A DNA stretch of 64,000 bases from an uncultured Mycoplasmatota bacterium. Its GTDB lineage: Bacteria; Bacillota_I; Bacilli_A; RF39; UBA660. A model generated the notes under the pieces. That model worked only from the letters and a program-made list of their open reading frames with translations. It was not told the origin of the DNA and made no database searches. Where the stretch lies: positions 133,027 to 197,026 of the forward strand of contig CANOTJ010000001.1 in the NCBI GenBank assembly GCA_947570175.1. Reading direction: 5' to 3'. Each line of letters begins with the position of its first letter. Within the stretch, counting starts at the first letter, position 1. Below, one piece after another: positions 36,765-47,336 of the stretch. Position numbers and translations under genes: made by a program.

Positions 36765-38363
36765 ATGAAAGAGTTTTTAATAAAACAACATAAAAAAATT
36801 ATAATAGTGCTCGTTTTACTAGTATTTGTGGTAGGGCTAATCTATGTTATTATAAATAGAAATAGTATTAGTTTCTTAAAGATAATGGGAAATAGTTTAG
36901 CGGATTTAGAAGCACAATACATGTGTGAAGAAGGATATGCACAAAAAGGAACTGAATGTATTAAAGAAGAGTCTATTGAAGCTAACAGTATAGCTAGTTG
37001 TGAAGCAGGGTTTAATTTAAATTCTAGTACTGGAAAATGTGAAAAACAGGAGGAAACTGTAGTTTCTACTCAATATAAATGCCCAGATGGATATAAAAAT
37101 AATGCTGGTAGATGTGAACAAATTATTCAAAAGGAAGCTACTTCATCTAAACAATGTCCTACTGGATACACATATAAAAAAGAAAAGGATGAATGTGAAA
37201 CAACTGTTTCACAGCCATTGTACTCAAGAAATACGATCTATACTTGTGAAGGTGACTATACTTTAAAAGATGGAGTTTGTGTAAAATTCAAAACAAGGAA
37301 AGCTGTTAAAGTTAATAGTTGTGAGTCGGGGTATAAATATAATAGTTCGACAAAATTATGCGAGAAAAAAGATTCAATAGCTCCAACTACGGTTCCAAAT
37401 CAATGTGATGCTCCTGGTAGTTATGATGGACATCCAGGTAGTCCAACAGAAGGTTCATGTGTGTATTCTGCATGTTCAGATGGCTATGTTGGAATAGGCG
37501 AAAAATGTTATAAATTATCTGGAACTTTAAAATTTAATGGTAATTCAACAGGAACGAATGTTTCACCAGTTACAGTGTCCAAAGGAAGTATTACAACTTT
37601 AACTCCTAGTCAAGCAACTTTTGGTAAAACAACAATTAGTTGTTCTAATGGAAGAAAATTGAAGAAGACCAATGTAGAAAGTGTTGATGCTTTTCACAAT
37701 AAGTTTCCTTATTTAAGACTTTTTACTACTTATAAATCTTCAGGAATGAATAATTGGGCAATTGTTGCATGTACAGATGGTAGTACGCAAAATTTAAAAA
37801 CGGTCAAAAATGGTTACAGTAGATTTAAAGGTTATTATATAAAGAAACCATTTACTAGTTATACCTGTAAAGAAGGATATAAATATAATAGTCAAAAGAA
37901 AAAATGTGAACGAACAAGAACTTCTAAGCCGGTTGAGACTTATAGTTGTAGTACAACTTATTCTGCCTATGATGGATATGTATATAATGCTAAATCAAAT
38001 CGATGTGAAAAAAATATCACTAAAAAACCAAAAGTAGAGTTACAAAAGAATTCATGTGCTGGAGAAGAAAAAGATGGAGCATGTATTATTAAACAAATAG
38101 CAAAGCCTCAAATGGGAGGGGATTGTAGTCAATATCCAAATGCTACTTATAATTCAAAAACATCGAAATGTGATCAAATAGTTACAGTGAATGCAACTAC
38201 AGAATATGGGTGCCCAGAAGGGTATACCCAAGCCGGAAATCGTTGTATAAAAAATACAGAGAAAGATAAGACTGTAACTTATAGTTGTCCAGAAGGATAT
38301 ACATTGGATGGAAACATGTGTAAAAGAGAGATTATTAAAACAGGAATATTACAAGAAGGCTAA
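36765..38363 (+). CDS. N-terminally membrane-anchored protein built of paired-cysteine C-x2-G-Y-x(n)-C mini-repeats
   Basis: One TM (IIIVLVLLVFVVGLIYVII) followed by 30 cysteines, 28 in 14 close pairs (e.g. CPDGYKNNAGRC, CESGYKYNSSTKLC, CPEGYTQAGNRC) plus 2 isolated in the middle. No family was recognised. Confidence 0.6.
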   Translation: MKEFLIKQHKKIIIVLVLLVFVVGLIYVIINRNSISFLKIMGNSLADLEAQYMCEEGYAQKGTECIKEESIEANSIASCEAGFNLNSSTGKCEKQEETVVSTQYKCPDGYKNNAGRCEQIIQKEATSSKQCPTGYTYKKEKDECETTVSQPLYSRNTIYTCEGDYTLKDGVCVKFKTRKAVKVNSCESGYKYNSSTKLCEKKDSIAPTTVPNQCDAPGSYDGHPGSPTEGSCVYSACSDGYVGIGEKCYKLSGTLKFNGNSTGTNVSPVTVSKGSITTLTPSQATFGKTTISCSNGRKLKKTNVESVDAFHNKFPYLRLFTTYKSSGMNNWAIVACTDGSTQNLKTVKNGYSRFKGYYIKKPFTSYTCKEGYKYNSQKKKCERTRTSKPVETYSCSTTYSAYDGYVYNAKSNRCEKNITKKPKVELQKNSCAGEEKDGACIIKQIAKPQMGGDCSQYPNATYNSKTSKCDQIVTVNATTEYGCPEGYTQAGNRCIKNTEKDKTVTYSCPEGYTLDGNMCKREIIKTGILQEG

Positions 38364-38396
38364 TCATTTGATTAGCTTTTATAAAAGGAAGATAAT

Positions 38397-39083
38397 ATGC
38401 AAAATATAATAATTATACTATTTGTTTTAATACCAGTATTATTACTGATGTATTATGTAAATCAAAGAGATACCGTTGAAAAAGAACCAATTCTTTTAAT
38501 TATTATTATGATGATACTTGGAATGGCAAGTGTATATTTTAGTAAACAGATTTGGAATTTTATTCTTTCTAAACTTCCAGAAATTGAGGAAGAATTAACC
38601 AATCGAAATTGGTATGCTCGAATTCTTACTAGTTATGGCGAAATTGCTTTTGTAGAAGAGATGATAAAATATCTTCTTTTAAATATTATTATTTATCGCA
38701 ATAGAAATTATGACTATATGTATGATGGGATTGTATATTCTGTTGCAATTAGTTTGGGATTTGCCTTAGTAGAGGGGTTAGAATATGGAATGGGAAATGA
38801 TGTTGCTATTAGTTTATTTAGAAGTATTTTAACAATTCCTATGCATATGTCCTATGGAGTAATTATGGGATATTATTTAAGCAAGTCTAAGAATAGTTAT
38901 GAAAATCGTTTAATGTATTATCGTTATACAGCACTATTATTTCCAATTGTATTACATGGTACGAGTGATTATCTATTATCTACTGTTGATAATCCTATTA
39001 TTTATATTGTTTATGCTTTGTTTGTTTATATAATTGCTTTAAAAAGGATTAATGAGTTATCTCGATTGGATAAACGGATTTAA
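38397..39083 (+). CDS. PrsW-family intramembrane protease
   Basis: Multi-TM protein with an EExxK-type motif (FVEEMIKY) and a second His motif (HGTSDY), as in PrsW. Confidence 0.65.
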   Translation: MQNIIIILFVLIPVLLLMYYVNQRDTVEKEPILLIIIMMILGMASVYFSKQIWNFILSKLPEIEEELTNRNWYARILTSYGEIAFVEEMIKYLLLNIIIYRNRNYDYMYDGIVYSVAISLGFALVEGLEYGMGNDVAISLFRSILTIPMHMSYGVIMGYYLSKSKNSYENRLMYYRYTALLFPIVLHGTSDYLLSTVDNPIIYIVYALFVYIIALKRINELSRLDKRI

Positions 39084-39095
39084 TCCTTTTTTAGA

Positions 39096-40127
39096 TTGAA
39101 AAAAATAGATATTTATAATATAATGAAAATGGTGATTCAATTGTTTAAAATTGGAAATATAGAAATGAAAAACCAGGTTGTATTAGCTCCTATGGCAGGA
39201 ATATCCAATCCATCTTTTATGGGTATTGTAACTCAAATGGGATGTGGACTTGCCTATACAGAACTGATTAGTGCGGAAGCAATTGTTAGAAATAACAAGA
39301 AAACTTTTGATATGTTAAAGGGAATAGAAACTTTAACAATACCAGTAGGGGTCCAAATATTTGGAGCTAATAAAGAGGTTTTATCAAAAGCTGCCCAAAT
39401 TATTACAGAGATATATAAAAATGTTTTTATTGATATTAATATGGGGTGTCCAGTTCCTAAAGTTGCACTAAAATCACAAGCAGGGAGTGCATTACTAAAA
39501 GAACCAAGCAAAGTTTATGAAATAGTAAAATCGATTGTAGAATCTGTATCTGTTCCAGTAACAGTGAAAATTAGAAGTGGCTGGGATTCTAATCACATCA
39601 ATGCGGTTGAGATTGCAAAAATGATAGAGAAAGCAGGAGCACAAGCCGTAACGATTCACCCCAGAACCAGAAGTCAGGGATATAGTGGCAATGCGAATTG
39701 GAATATTATCAAACAAGTTAAGGAGAATACTTCAATTTCTGTAATTGGAAATGGGGATATAAGAAGTTGTTATGATGCTAAAAAAATGCTAGAAGAAACT
39801 GGTTGTGATGCAGTGATGATTGGAAGAGGTGTTTTAGGAAATCCCTGGTTAATAAAGGAATGTGTAGAATATATTGCAGAGGGAATTTTACCAAAAACAG
39901 TAAGTGATTTAGAAAAATTACAGATGATTTTACACCATTTGGATCAATTATCTATGTGGAAGGAAGAGAAAATAGTAGTATTGGAAATGCGTAGCCATGC
40001 AGCATGGTATTTAAAAAGGATTCCTGGTACAAGTGAACTAAAAAAGGAAATTTTTAAAGTGAAAACAACTCAGGAATTTAAGAATTTAATTCAAAATTTT
40101 ATAAAGGAGAATTGTTATGAGTGTTAA
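39096..40127 (+). CDS. dusB: tRNA-dihydrouridine synthase
   Basis: Motifs VVLAPMAGISN, DINMGCP and IGRG. The true start is probably internal (ATG 39123 or 39129), judging from the usual M-x-FKIG N-terminus. Confidence 0.85.
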   Translation: MKKIDIYNIMKMVIQLFKIGNIEMKNQVVLAPMAGISNPSFMGIVTQMGCGLAYTELISAEAIVRNNKKTFDMLKGIETLTIPVGVQIFGANKEVLSKAAQIITEIYKNVFIDINMGCPVPKVALKSQAGSALLKEPSKVYEIVKSIVESVSVPVTVKIRSGWDSNHINAVEIAKMIEKAGAQAVTIHPRTRSQGYSGNANWNIIKQVKENTSISVIGNGDIRSCYDAKKMLEETGCDAVMIGRGVLGNPWLIKECVEYIAEGILPKTVSDLEKLQMILHHLDQLSMWKEEKIVVLEMRSHAAWYLKRIPGTSELKKEIFKVKTTQEFKNLIQNFIKENCYEC

Positions 40128-40701
40128 TTTTACAAAAAGAATACTTGCTTATCTAATTGATCTACTTTTCTTAGGTTCAATTATTATATTTATTTATCAG
40201 TTTATTCCAGAACTCAAGGCAGTTACTGATTTACAAACAGATATAGCGGTTTTAAATGAGGAATATTTAAATAGGCAAATAGAGACATCAAATTATTTAC
40301 AAAACTATTCTAATTTGATATATGATGTAGATCAAGAACAAGTCATTTTTCCAATTATCAATTTTATTACTCTCTTTCTTTATTTTGTAATAGTGCCTTT
40401 TCTTTTACAAGGTCAAACTATCGGAAAATATATTATGAAAATTAAGATTGAATCTAAGAAAGAAAAATTATCTATATTTAGTTTAATTGTTCGTAATTTA
40501 ATTGTAAATGGATTAGGTTATTTAATTTTATCCTTTTTAGCATTACTATTTGTTCCAAAAAATATGTATTTATATGTGATAAGTATTTTAGGAATTATTC
40601 AACTAGGACTAGTAATTGCAAGTGCTTTTATGATAATATATAGAAAGGACAAAAGAGGAATACAAGATATTTTAACAAATACAAAAGTTGTAAAAAAATA
40701 G
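40117..40701 (+). CDS. RDD-family membrane protein
   Basis: ILAYLIDLLF N-terminus, three TM segments and a C-terminal KRGIQDILTNTKVV typical of RDD domains. Confidence 0.6.
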   Translation: MSVNFTKRILAYLIDLLFLGSIIIFIYQFIPELKAVTDLQTDIAVLNEEYLNRQIETSNYLQNYSNLIYDVDQEQVIFPIINFITLFLYFVIVPFLLQGQTIGKYIMKIKIESKKEKLSIFSLIVRNLIVNGLGYLILSFLALLFVPKNMYLYVISILGIIQLGLVIASAFMIIYRKDKRGIQDILTNTKVVKK

Positions 40702-40711
40702 AGGTGAAAAA

Positions 40712-42190
40712 ATGAAAGAATATACAGAACAAGAGCAAGTTCGTAGACAAAAAATTGAAAATATTAGATCTATTACAAATCCCTATCCTGAAAAATATGA
40801 AACAAATTATGAATTAAAGGATGTTAAAAATTTGGAAGATGGTACAAAGGATATTCGCGTTGCTGGTCGTATTGTTTTAATGCGCAAGATGGGAAAGTTA
40901 AGTTTTTTAACTATTCGTGATATAGAGGGTTCTATTCAGTTATCTATTAAAGTAGATATGATTGGTGAAGAGAATTACAAATTTTTTAAAGAAAATTTTG
41001 ATTTAGGGGACTTCATTGGAGCGGAGGGAGAACTTTTTACAACCCATACAGGAGAAAAGACAATTCGAGTAGATCAGTTTCAATTTTTAGGGAAGGCATT
41101 AAAACCTCTTCCAGAAAAATTCCATGGACTTACAGATGTAGAATCGTGTTATAGAAATCGTTATATTGATTTAATTATGAATGAAGATACGAGACAAAGA
41201 TTTTTATTAAAGTACAAATTTATAAAAGAAATTAGAAGATACTTAGAAGATAAAAATTATATTGAAGTAGAAACACCAGTTCTTATTAATAAACCAAGTG
41301 GAGCTTTAGCTAAACCATTTATTTCGCATCATAATGCATTAGATATGGATGTATATCTTCGTATTGCACCAGAAACATATCTAAAGAGGGCTGTAGTTGG
41401 AGGGTTTACCAAAGTCTTTGAATTCGCAAGATGTTTTAGAAATGAAGGTATGGATACAACTCATCTACAAGATTTTACCATGCTAGAGTGTTATGTAAGT
41501 TATTATAATTATAAGGATAATATGAATTTCATTGAAAATATGTTGAAAACAGTAATTGAAAATGTTTATGGAAGTTTACAAATTTCAATCGGGGAAAATG
41601 TAATTGATTTTTCAAAACATTGGGAAACAGTATCTTTCCGTGAATTGATTTTGAAATATATTGATATTGATATCAATGTATTTAACACTAAAGAGAAATT
41701 ATTAACAGAAATTCAAAATCAAAAAATTGAACTTGAAAGTGAAGAAAGTATTGAAACTATTGGATATGGGAAACTAGTAGACTTACTATATAAAAAGGTG
41801 GCTAGACCATATATGATAGAACCAGTCTTTTTAGTAGATCATCCAATTGAATTATCTCCACTTGCACGTGCAAATGATGAAAATTCCAATATTACAGATC
41901 GTTTTCAATTAGTTATTAATGGAGCAGAAATTATTAATGGGTATTCTGAATTAGTAGATCCTGTCGAACAACAAAAGAGACTTGAAGAACAGTCAAAACT
42001 AAATGCGGATGGTGATGATGAAGCAATGGTTATGGATTATGATTATATTGAAGCTATGGAATATGGAATGCCACCTATCTCTGGTTGGGGAATGGGGATT
42101 GATCGAGTTGTTCAGGTATTAACCGATTCTCCTAATATTCGAGATAATGTGTTATTCCCTACTATGAAACCAATTCATAAAGATTCATGA
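40712..42190 (+). CDS. lysS: lysine--tRNA ligase, class II
   Basis: OB-fold N-terminus (VAGRIVLMRKMGKLSFLTIRD). Class II motifs FRNEG and GWGMGIDR. Confidence 0.95.
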   Translation: MKEYTEQEQVRRQKIENIRSITNPYPEKYETNYELKDVKNLEDGTKDIRVAGRIVLMRKMGKLSFLTIRDIEGSIQLSIKVDMIGEENYKFFKENFDLGDFIGAEGELFTTHTGEKTIRVDQFQFLGKALKPLPEKFHGLTDVESCYRNRYIDLIMNEDTRQRFLLKYKFIKEIRRYLEDKNYIEVETPVLINKPSGALAKPFISHHNALDMDVYLRIAPETYLKRAVVGGFTKVFEFARCFRNEGMDTTHLQDFTMLECYVSYYNYKDNMNFIENMLKTVIENVYGSLQISIGENVIDFSKHWETVSFRELILKYIDIDINVFNTKEKLLTEIQNQKIELESEESIETIGYGKLVDLLYKKVARPYMIEPVFLVDHPIELSPLARANDENSNITDRFQLVINGAEIINGYSELVDPVEQQKRLEEQSKLNADGDDEAMVMDYDYIEAMEYGMPPISGWGMGIDRVVQVLTDSPNIRDNVLFPTMKPIHKDS

Positions 42191-42702
42191 GATTATATTT
42201 AGTTAGACATGGTCAGACGAAGTGGAATGAAGAGGGAATTTATCAGGGACATACGGATATTCCTTTGAATCAATATGGAATGTCTGAGGCCTTATTATTA
42301 AAAAAACAAATAAGAAATAAAGAAATCGATGTATGTATTTCTAGTCCTCTAAAGAGGGCTATTCAAACAGCGGCAATTATTACAGAAAATAAAATGAATA
42401 TTATAACAGATTCCCTTTTGATAGAGCAAAACTTAGGGATTTATGAAGGAACAAAGTATAACACCAATACTAGTATTGCCTATTCGCCTAATAATGGAGT
42501 AGAGTCCATGGCTCATCTATTTATTAGAGCTGAAAAGTTTTTAAATTCTATTTACCAAAAATATGAAGACAAAACAGTATTAGTAGTTTCACATGGTTCA
42601 CTTATTCGAGCACTTCATTTTCAAATTATAGGGTATAGCGAAGATGAAAATTTATTAAAGTTTGATGTTCCAAATTGTTGTTTATTAGAATATGATTTAT
42701 AG
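42187..42702 (+). CDS. histidine phosphatase (phosphoglycerate mutase) family protein
   Basis: RHGQTKWN catalytic motif and a later SHG block. ATGA overlap with lysS. Confidence 0.8.
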   Translation: MRLYLVRHGQTKWNEEGIYQGHTDIPLNQYGMSEALLLKKQIRNKEIDVCISSPLKRAIQTAAIITENKMNIITDSLLIEQNLGIYEGTKYNTNTSIAYSPNNGVESMAHLFIRAEKFLNSIYQKYEDKTVLVVSHGSLIRALHFQIIGYSEDENLLKFDVPNCCLLEYDL

Positions 42703-42718
42703 GAAAAGAGGAAAATAA

Positions 42719-43900
42719 ATGAAAGTATTATCAGTAAATGCAGGTAGTTCATCTTTAAAATTTCAAATGTATGAGATGCCCGAGGAGAAAGTTTTAATTT
42801 CTGGGACTTTTGAAAGAATTGGACTAGAAAATAGCTTTTACACAATTAAAATAAATGAAGATAAAATAAAAAAAGAAAGTAATTTGTCAAATCATGAGGT
42901 AGCTGTTCAAATCCTTATCCGTGAACTTTTAGAAAATCAGGTAATTGATAATTTGGATGAAATTAAAGCAGTTGGACACCGAGTGGTACATGGGGCAAGT
43001 AAATATGCTAGTTCGGTTGTTATAACAGAAGAAGTCATTCAAGATATTAAATCATTTTCAGATTTGGCACCACTTCATAATCCTGCTAATGTTATGGGAA
43101 TTTGTGCTTTTATAGAGGCTATTCCAAATGCTATTCAAGTAGCATGTTTTGATACGGCATTTCATCAAACAATGAAAGAGGAAAGATTTTTATATGCAGT
43201 TCCTTATGAATGGTATACCAAATATGGTATTCGTAAATATGGATTTCACGGAATGAGTCATAAGTATGTATCCGAATATACAAGGGAATTACTAGATAAA
43301 GAATTTTGTAATATTATTGTATGTCATTTAGGAAATGGTGGTTCTATTAGTGCTGTTCGCGATGGTCGTTGTATTGATACTACAATGGGATTTACTCCCA
43401 ATGCAGGAATCGTAATGGGATCTCGCTCTGGTGATATTGATTATAGCATAATCCCTTATTTAATGAAAAAAACCGGAAAATCTATCGATGAAATTGATCA
43501 AGAATTGAATAAAAAAAGTGGAATGTTAGGACTTAGCGGTGTTAGTAGTGACTTTCGAGATATCGATGCTAAAATAGCTGAGAAAGATAAACAAAGTATC
43601 ATGGCTCATTATTTATATGTAAATTCTATTGTTGGATATATTGCTAAATACTATGTAGAACTTGGGGGCGTAGATGCTATTTGTTTTACAGCTGGCGTTG
43701 GAGAAAATGCACCTCATGTAAGACGTATGGTTATTGATAGATTAAATTGTTTGGGAATTAAGGTAGACCGTTCTAAAAATGATGAAATTCGTTTTGGAAA
43801 AGAAGGAATTATTTCAACAGAAGATTCTACTGTTCCTTGTTTTGTAATTCCAACAAATGAAGAAGTTATGATTGCAAGAGATGCTTATTCATTTATTTAG
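42719..43900 (+). CDS. ackA: acetate kinase
   Basis: VLSVNAGSSSLKFQ N-terminus, VGHRVVHG, and GFHGMSH. Confidence 0.95.
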   Translation: MKVLSVNAGSSSLKFQMYEMPEEKVLISGTFERIGLENSFYTIKINEDKIKKESNLSNHEVAVQILIRELLENQVIDNLDEIKAVGHRVVHGASKYASSVVITEEVIQDIKSFSDLAPLHNPANVMGICAFIEAIPNAIQVACFDTAFHQTMKEERFLYAVPYEWYTKYGIRKYGFHGMSHKYVSEYTRELLDKEFCNIIVCHLGNGGSISAVRDGRCIDTTMGFTPNAGIVMGSRSGDIDYSIIPYLMKKTGKSIDEIDQELNKKSGMLGLSGVSSDFRDIDAKIAEKDKQSIMAHYLYVNSIVGYIAKYYVELGGVDAICFTAGVGENAPHVRRMVIDRLNCLGIKVDRSKNDEIRFGKEGIISTEDSTVPCFVIPTNEEVMIARDAYSFI

Positions 43901-43917
43901 TAGAAAGTTGTGATATC

Positions 43918-44880
43918 ATGTCTCACAATATATATAAAAAAATATATAAAAAAATTAAAAATAATAAAAAGATTATTATTGCTAGGCATATTGGACCGGA
44001 TCCAGATGCTTTAGGCAGTAGTATAGGATTAAAAGAGATTATACAAAATACATTTCCAGAAAAAGAGGTTTATGTCGTTGGATGTCCTGCTAATAAGTTT
44101 AAATATATAGGAGAAGTTGATCATTTCACAGAAGATATGTATGTAGATTCTCTTTTAATTGTAACAGATACACCAGATAAAAAAAGAGTGGATGGAGTAG
44201 AAGTTGACAAATTTAAAGAGATTATTAAAATAGATCATCATCCTTTTATTGAATCTTTTCATGGTATAGAACTTGTTGATACTACTGCGAGTAGTGCTTC
44301 TCAATTAATTATGGAATTGACCTTTCAAACAAAATTAAAAATGACAAAAGAAGCTGCTGAAAAATTATATATTGGATTAATTGCAGATACAGATCGTTAT
44401 TTGTTTCGAGGGACAACACCAAAGACTTTTGATTTAGTCTCTAGACTGATTAAGGAAACTAATATTGAGTTTACAAAGTTATATGAAAAATTATATTTAA
44501 AACCCATTAAAGAGGTAAAATTTAGTGGTTATATTGCAAACAATCTAGTTATTACAGAACACGGATTTGCTTATATTTGTCTTCCGCAATCTATTTTAGA
44601 TGAGTATCGTGTAGATGCTGCAACAGCAGGAAAAATAGTAAATGATTTTTATTACATATCTGAAATTATAGCTTGGGGAGTTTTTTCAGAAGATCAAAAT
44701 AATCATAATATTCGTGGTTCTATTCGTTCTAGAGGGCCTATTATTAATGAAGTTGCTACTCAATATGGTGGTGGAGGACACATATATGCTAGTGGAGTAC
44801 GTCTTTCTAATTTTGAATTAGTAGAAGATATTGTAAAAGATTTGGATCAAGTATGTATGCATTATCAAGAAACAAGTTGA
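43918..44880 (+). CDS. nrnA: DHH/DHHA1 phosphoesterase (NrnA-type oligoribonuclease/pAp phosphatase)
   Basis: HIGPDPDALGS, DHH (KIDHHP) and GGGH motifs. Confidence 0.8.
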   Translation: MSHNIYKKIYKKIKNNKKIIIARHIGPDPDALGSSIGLKEIIQNTFPEKEVYVVGCPANKFKYIGEVDHFTEDMYVDSLLIVTDTPDKKRVDGVEVDKFKEIIKIDHHPFIESFHGIELVDTTASSASQLIMELTFQTKLKMTKEAAEKLYIGLIADTDRYLFRGTTPKTFDLVSRLIKETNIEFTKLYEKLYLKPIKEVKFSGYIANNLVITEHGFAYICLPQSILDEYRVDAATAGKIVNDFYYISEIIAWGVFSEDQNNHNIRGSIRSRGPIINEVATQYGGGGHIYASGVRLSNFELVEDIVKDLDQVCMHYQETS

Positions 44881-44892
44881 ACTTGTTTTTTT
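44869..44892 (+). terminator. terminator overlapping the nrnA stop codon
   Basis: AACAAGT / ACTTGTT stem with loop TGA, followed by T-run. Confidence 0.65.
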
Positions 44893-44999
44893 AATGTTTT
44901 TATCCCAATTGAAATAAAAATAATAAATTCTTATTTTTTCATAGACTTTTCGATTTCTTTGTACTATAATAAAAAACAATTATTTTGGGAGGTGTTATT

Positions 45000-47336
45000 T
45001 TGAAAACAAATCTACCAGTGATTATTCTAAGAAGAATAATATTACTTCCTAATAATGATATTCGTTTAGAGTTTGAAAACGATGATAGTAAAAGTATTGT
45101 AGATGTATCAGAATTATTTCATGACAATCATGTTTTGGTTGTTAGTCAAATTAATTTATTAGAAGAAAGACCAAATATTAATCAATTAGAAAAATATGGA
45201 GTAGTATCTAAGATTAGTCATAAAATGGAACTACCAAATGGAAAGGTAAGAGTAACGATTACTGGGCTTTATCGAGCAAAAGTTCATGAATATTTGAATA
45301 AGAATCGAGAGGATGATATTTTAGAGTCTATTATTTCTAAGTCTGAAATCGATGTTATTTCTGAAAAAGAAGAGGAAGCCTTTACTAGAAAATTGTATCG
45401 CGAAATGGAGAGTTATATTAAAAATTTGCCTTATGTTAGTAATAGTGTATTATCACTTATTCATAATGTAACTTCATTAAATAAAATGACAGATATTATT
45501 GTTCCTTATCTACAGATTGATAATTTTAGAACAATTGAGTATCTAAGACAAACTAGTTCTTTAAAACGATTAGAGATGATATTAGAAGATATTTATCGTG
45601 AAAAAGAGATGTTTCAAATTGAAAAGAAATTAGATACAAAAGTTCGAAAAGAAATGGAAGATAATCAAAAGGAATATCTTTTAAGAGAAAAAATGAAAGC
45701 TATTAAAGAAGAATTAGGAGATACTTCTTTAAAGGATATCGAGGTTGAACAAATTAAGGAACGTATAGAGAAAATTCAAGCCCCAGAACAAATTAGAGAT
45801 AAATTAAAAAATGAATTGAAACGCTATGAAATTTTAAGTAATACTTCTCCAGAAATTAACACTGCTAGAACTTATATAGAGTGGCTATTAGATCTTCCAT
45901 GGGGGAAATATACAGTAGATAATAATCAATTAGAAGACGTTCGTAAACAATTAGATGGTTCACACGATGGCTTAGAGAAAGTTAAGACGAGAATTATAGA
46001 GTATTTGGCAGTAAAACAAATGACTAGTAGCCTTCGTTCTCCTATTATTTGTCTGGTTGGTCCACCAGGAGTTGGAAAAACAACTTTAGCATTTAGTATT
46101 GCGAAAGCAATGAATCGCAATTTTGTTAAAATATCGGTTGGAGGAATTACAGATGAAGCTGAGTTAATTGGACATCGCCGAACTTATATTGGAGCCAGTC
46201 CAGGAAGAATTATTCAATCGATGAAAAAAGCCAAAAGTATGAATCCTGTTTTCTTAATTGACGAAATTGATAAGATGACTTATGGATATAGGGGAGATCC
46301 TGCAAGCACTATGTTAGAAATTTTAGATCCTGAACAAAATCAATATTTTAGTGATAATTATATAGAAGAGGAATTCGATTTATCTAAAGTAATGTTTATA
46401 GCGACCGCCAATAATATAGAGGATATTCCAGAAGCATTAAAAGATCGTCTGGAAATTGTCATGTTATCTGGATATACAGAATATGAAAAATTGGATATTT
46501 CAAGAAAGTATTTGTTGCCAAAGATTTGTAAAGAACATGGTGTTAATGTAAAGGGAATTGACATAAAGGATGAGGTGTTACTTTACATTATTCGATATTA
46601 TACAAAGGAGTCAGGGGTTCGTGATTTAGAAAGAAATTTATCAACAATTATTCGAAAAATTGTAACATCGATCGTTTTTAGTCATGTTTTGGTAAATAAA
46701 GTAATCATTGACAAGAAAAAAATAGAAGAATACCTAGGAAAACAAAAGTACAGTTTTATTGGAAGTAATAAACAGACAGAGATTGGAGTAGTAAATGGGC
46801 TTGCCTATACAAAATTTGGAGGAGATGTTTTACCAATTGAGGCCAATTATTTTAAAGGAAATGGGAATTTAGTGTTAACTGGATCACTGGGAGACGTTAT
46901 GAAAGAAAGTGCGATTATTGCCCTTAATTATATCAAATCTAATTGTAAATATTTTCATGTAGATTATTCACTAATTACAGAAAATGATATTCATATTCAT
47001 GTTCCAGAGGGGGCAATACCTAAAGATGGCCCTAGCGCTGGAATTACATTAGTAACAACGATGATTAGCCTATTTACGGGTTTTAAAGTTCCTAGTGATA
47101 TGGCTATGACAGGAGAGATTACTCTTCGAGGAAAAGTTTTACCAATTGGTGGTTTAAAGGAAAAATCGATAGGAGCTCATCGAAATGGAATTCGAACTAT
47201 TATTATTCCTCAAGAGAATGTTAAAGATTTAGAAGATATTCCAGATGAGGTGAAAGAGGAAATAGAATATATTTCAGTAAAAAATTATAAAGATGTTATG
47301 AGATTTTTAAAAAAGAAAGATTTGGTGAAAGTATGA
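45000..47336 (+). CDS. lon: ATP-dependent protease Lon (LonA)
   Basis: Lon N-domain, AAA+ motif GPPGVGKTT and protease motif PKDGPSAG. The start was placed at TTG 45000, 5 nt after GGGAGGTG. A TAGACT-17-TATAAT promoter lies at 44942-44970. Confidence 0.95.
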   Translation: MKTNLPVIILRRIILLPNNDIRLEFENDDSKSIVDVSELFHDNHVLVVSQINLLEERPNINQLEKYGVVSKISHKMELPNGKVRVTITGLYRAKVHEYLNKNREDDILESIISKSEIDVISEKEEEAFTRKLYREMESYIKNLPYVSNSVLSLIHNVTSLNKMTDIIVPYLQIDNFRTIEYLRQTSSLKRLEMILEDIYREKEMFQIEKKLDTKVRKEMEDNQKEYLLREKMKAIKEELGDTSLKDIEVEQIKERIEKIQAPEQIRDKLKNELKRYEILSNTSPEINTARTYIEWLLDLPWGKYTVDNNQLEDVRKQLDGSHDGLEKVKTRIIEYLAVKQMTSSLRSPIICLVGPPGVGKTTLAFSIAKAMNRNFVKISVGGITDEAELIGHRRTYIGASPGRIIQSMKKAKSMNPVFLIDEIDKMTYGYRGDPASTMLEILDPEQNQYFSDNYIEEEFDLSKVMFIATANNIEDIPEALKDRLEIVMLSGYTEYEKLDISRKYLLPKICKEHGVNVKGIDIKDEVLLYIIRYYTKESGVRDLERNLSTIIRKIVTSIVFSHVLVNKVIIDKKKIEEYLGKQKYSFIGSNKQTEIGVVNGLAYTKFGGDVLPIEANYFKGNGNLVLTGSLGDVMKESAIIALNYIKSNCKYFHVDYSLITENDIHIHVPEGAIPKDGPSAGITLVTTMISLFTGFKVPSDMAMTGEITLRGKVLPIGGLKEKSIGAHRNGIRTIIIPQENVKDLEDIPDEVKEEIEYISVKNYKDVMRFLKKKDLVKV

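Noticed and set aside
40600-40712. Looked for a T-box leader upstream of lysS
   Set aside because: lysS follows the RDD gene after 10 nt, which leaves no room for a leader, and no T-box or specifier elements are visible.
42621-42845. 74-aa minus-strand ORF spanning the histidine phosphatase/ackA junction, and the similar 61-aa ORF at 47964-48149
   Set aside because: Both bridge the ends of two well-supported plus-strand genes and lack translation signals.
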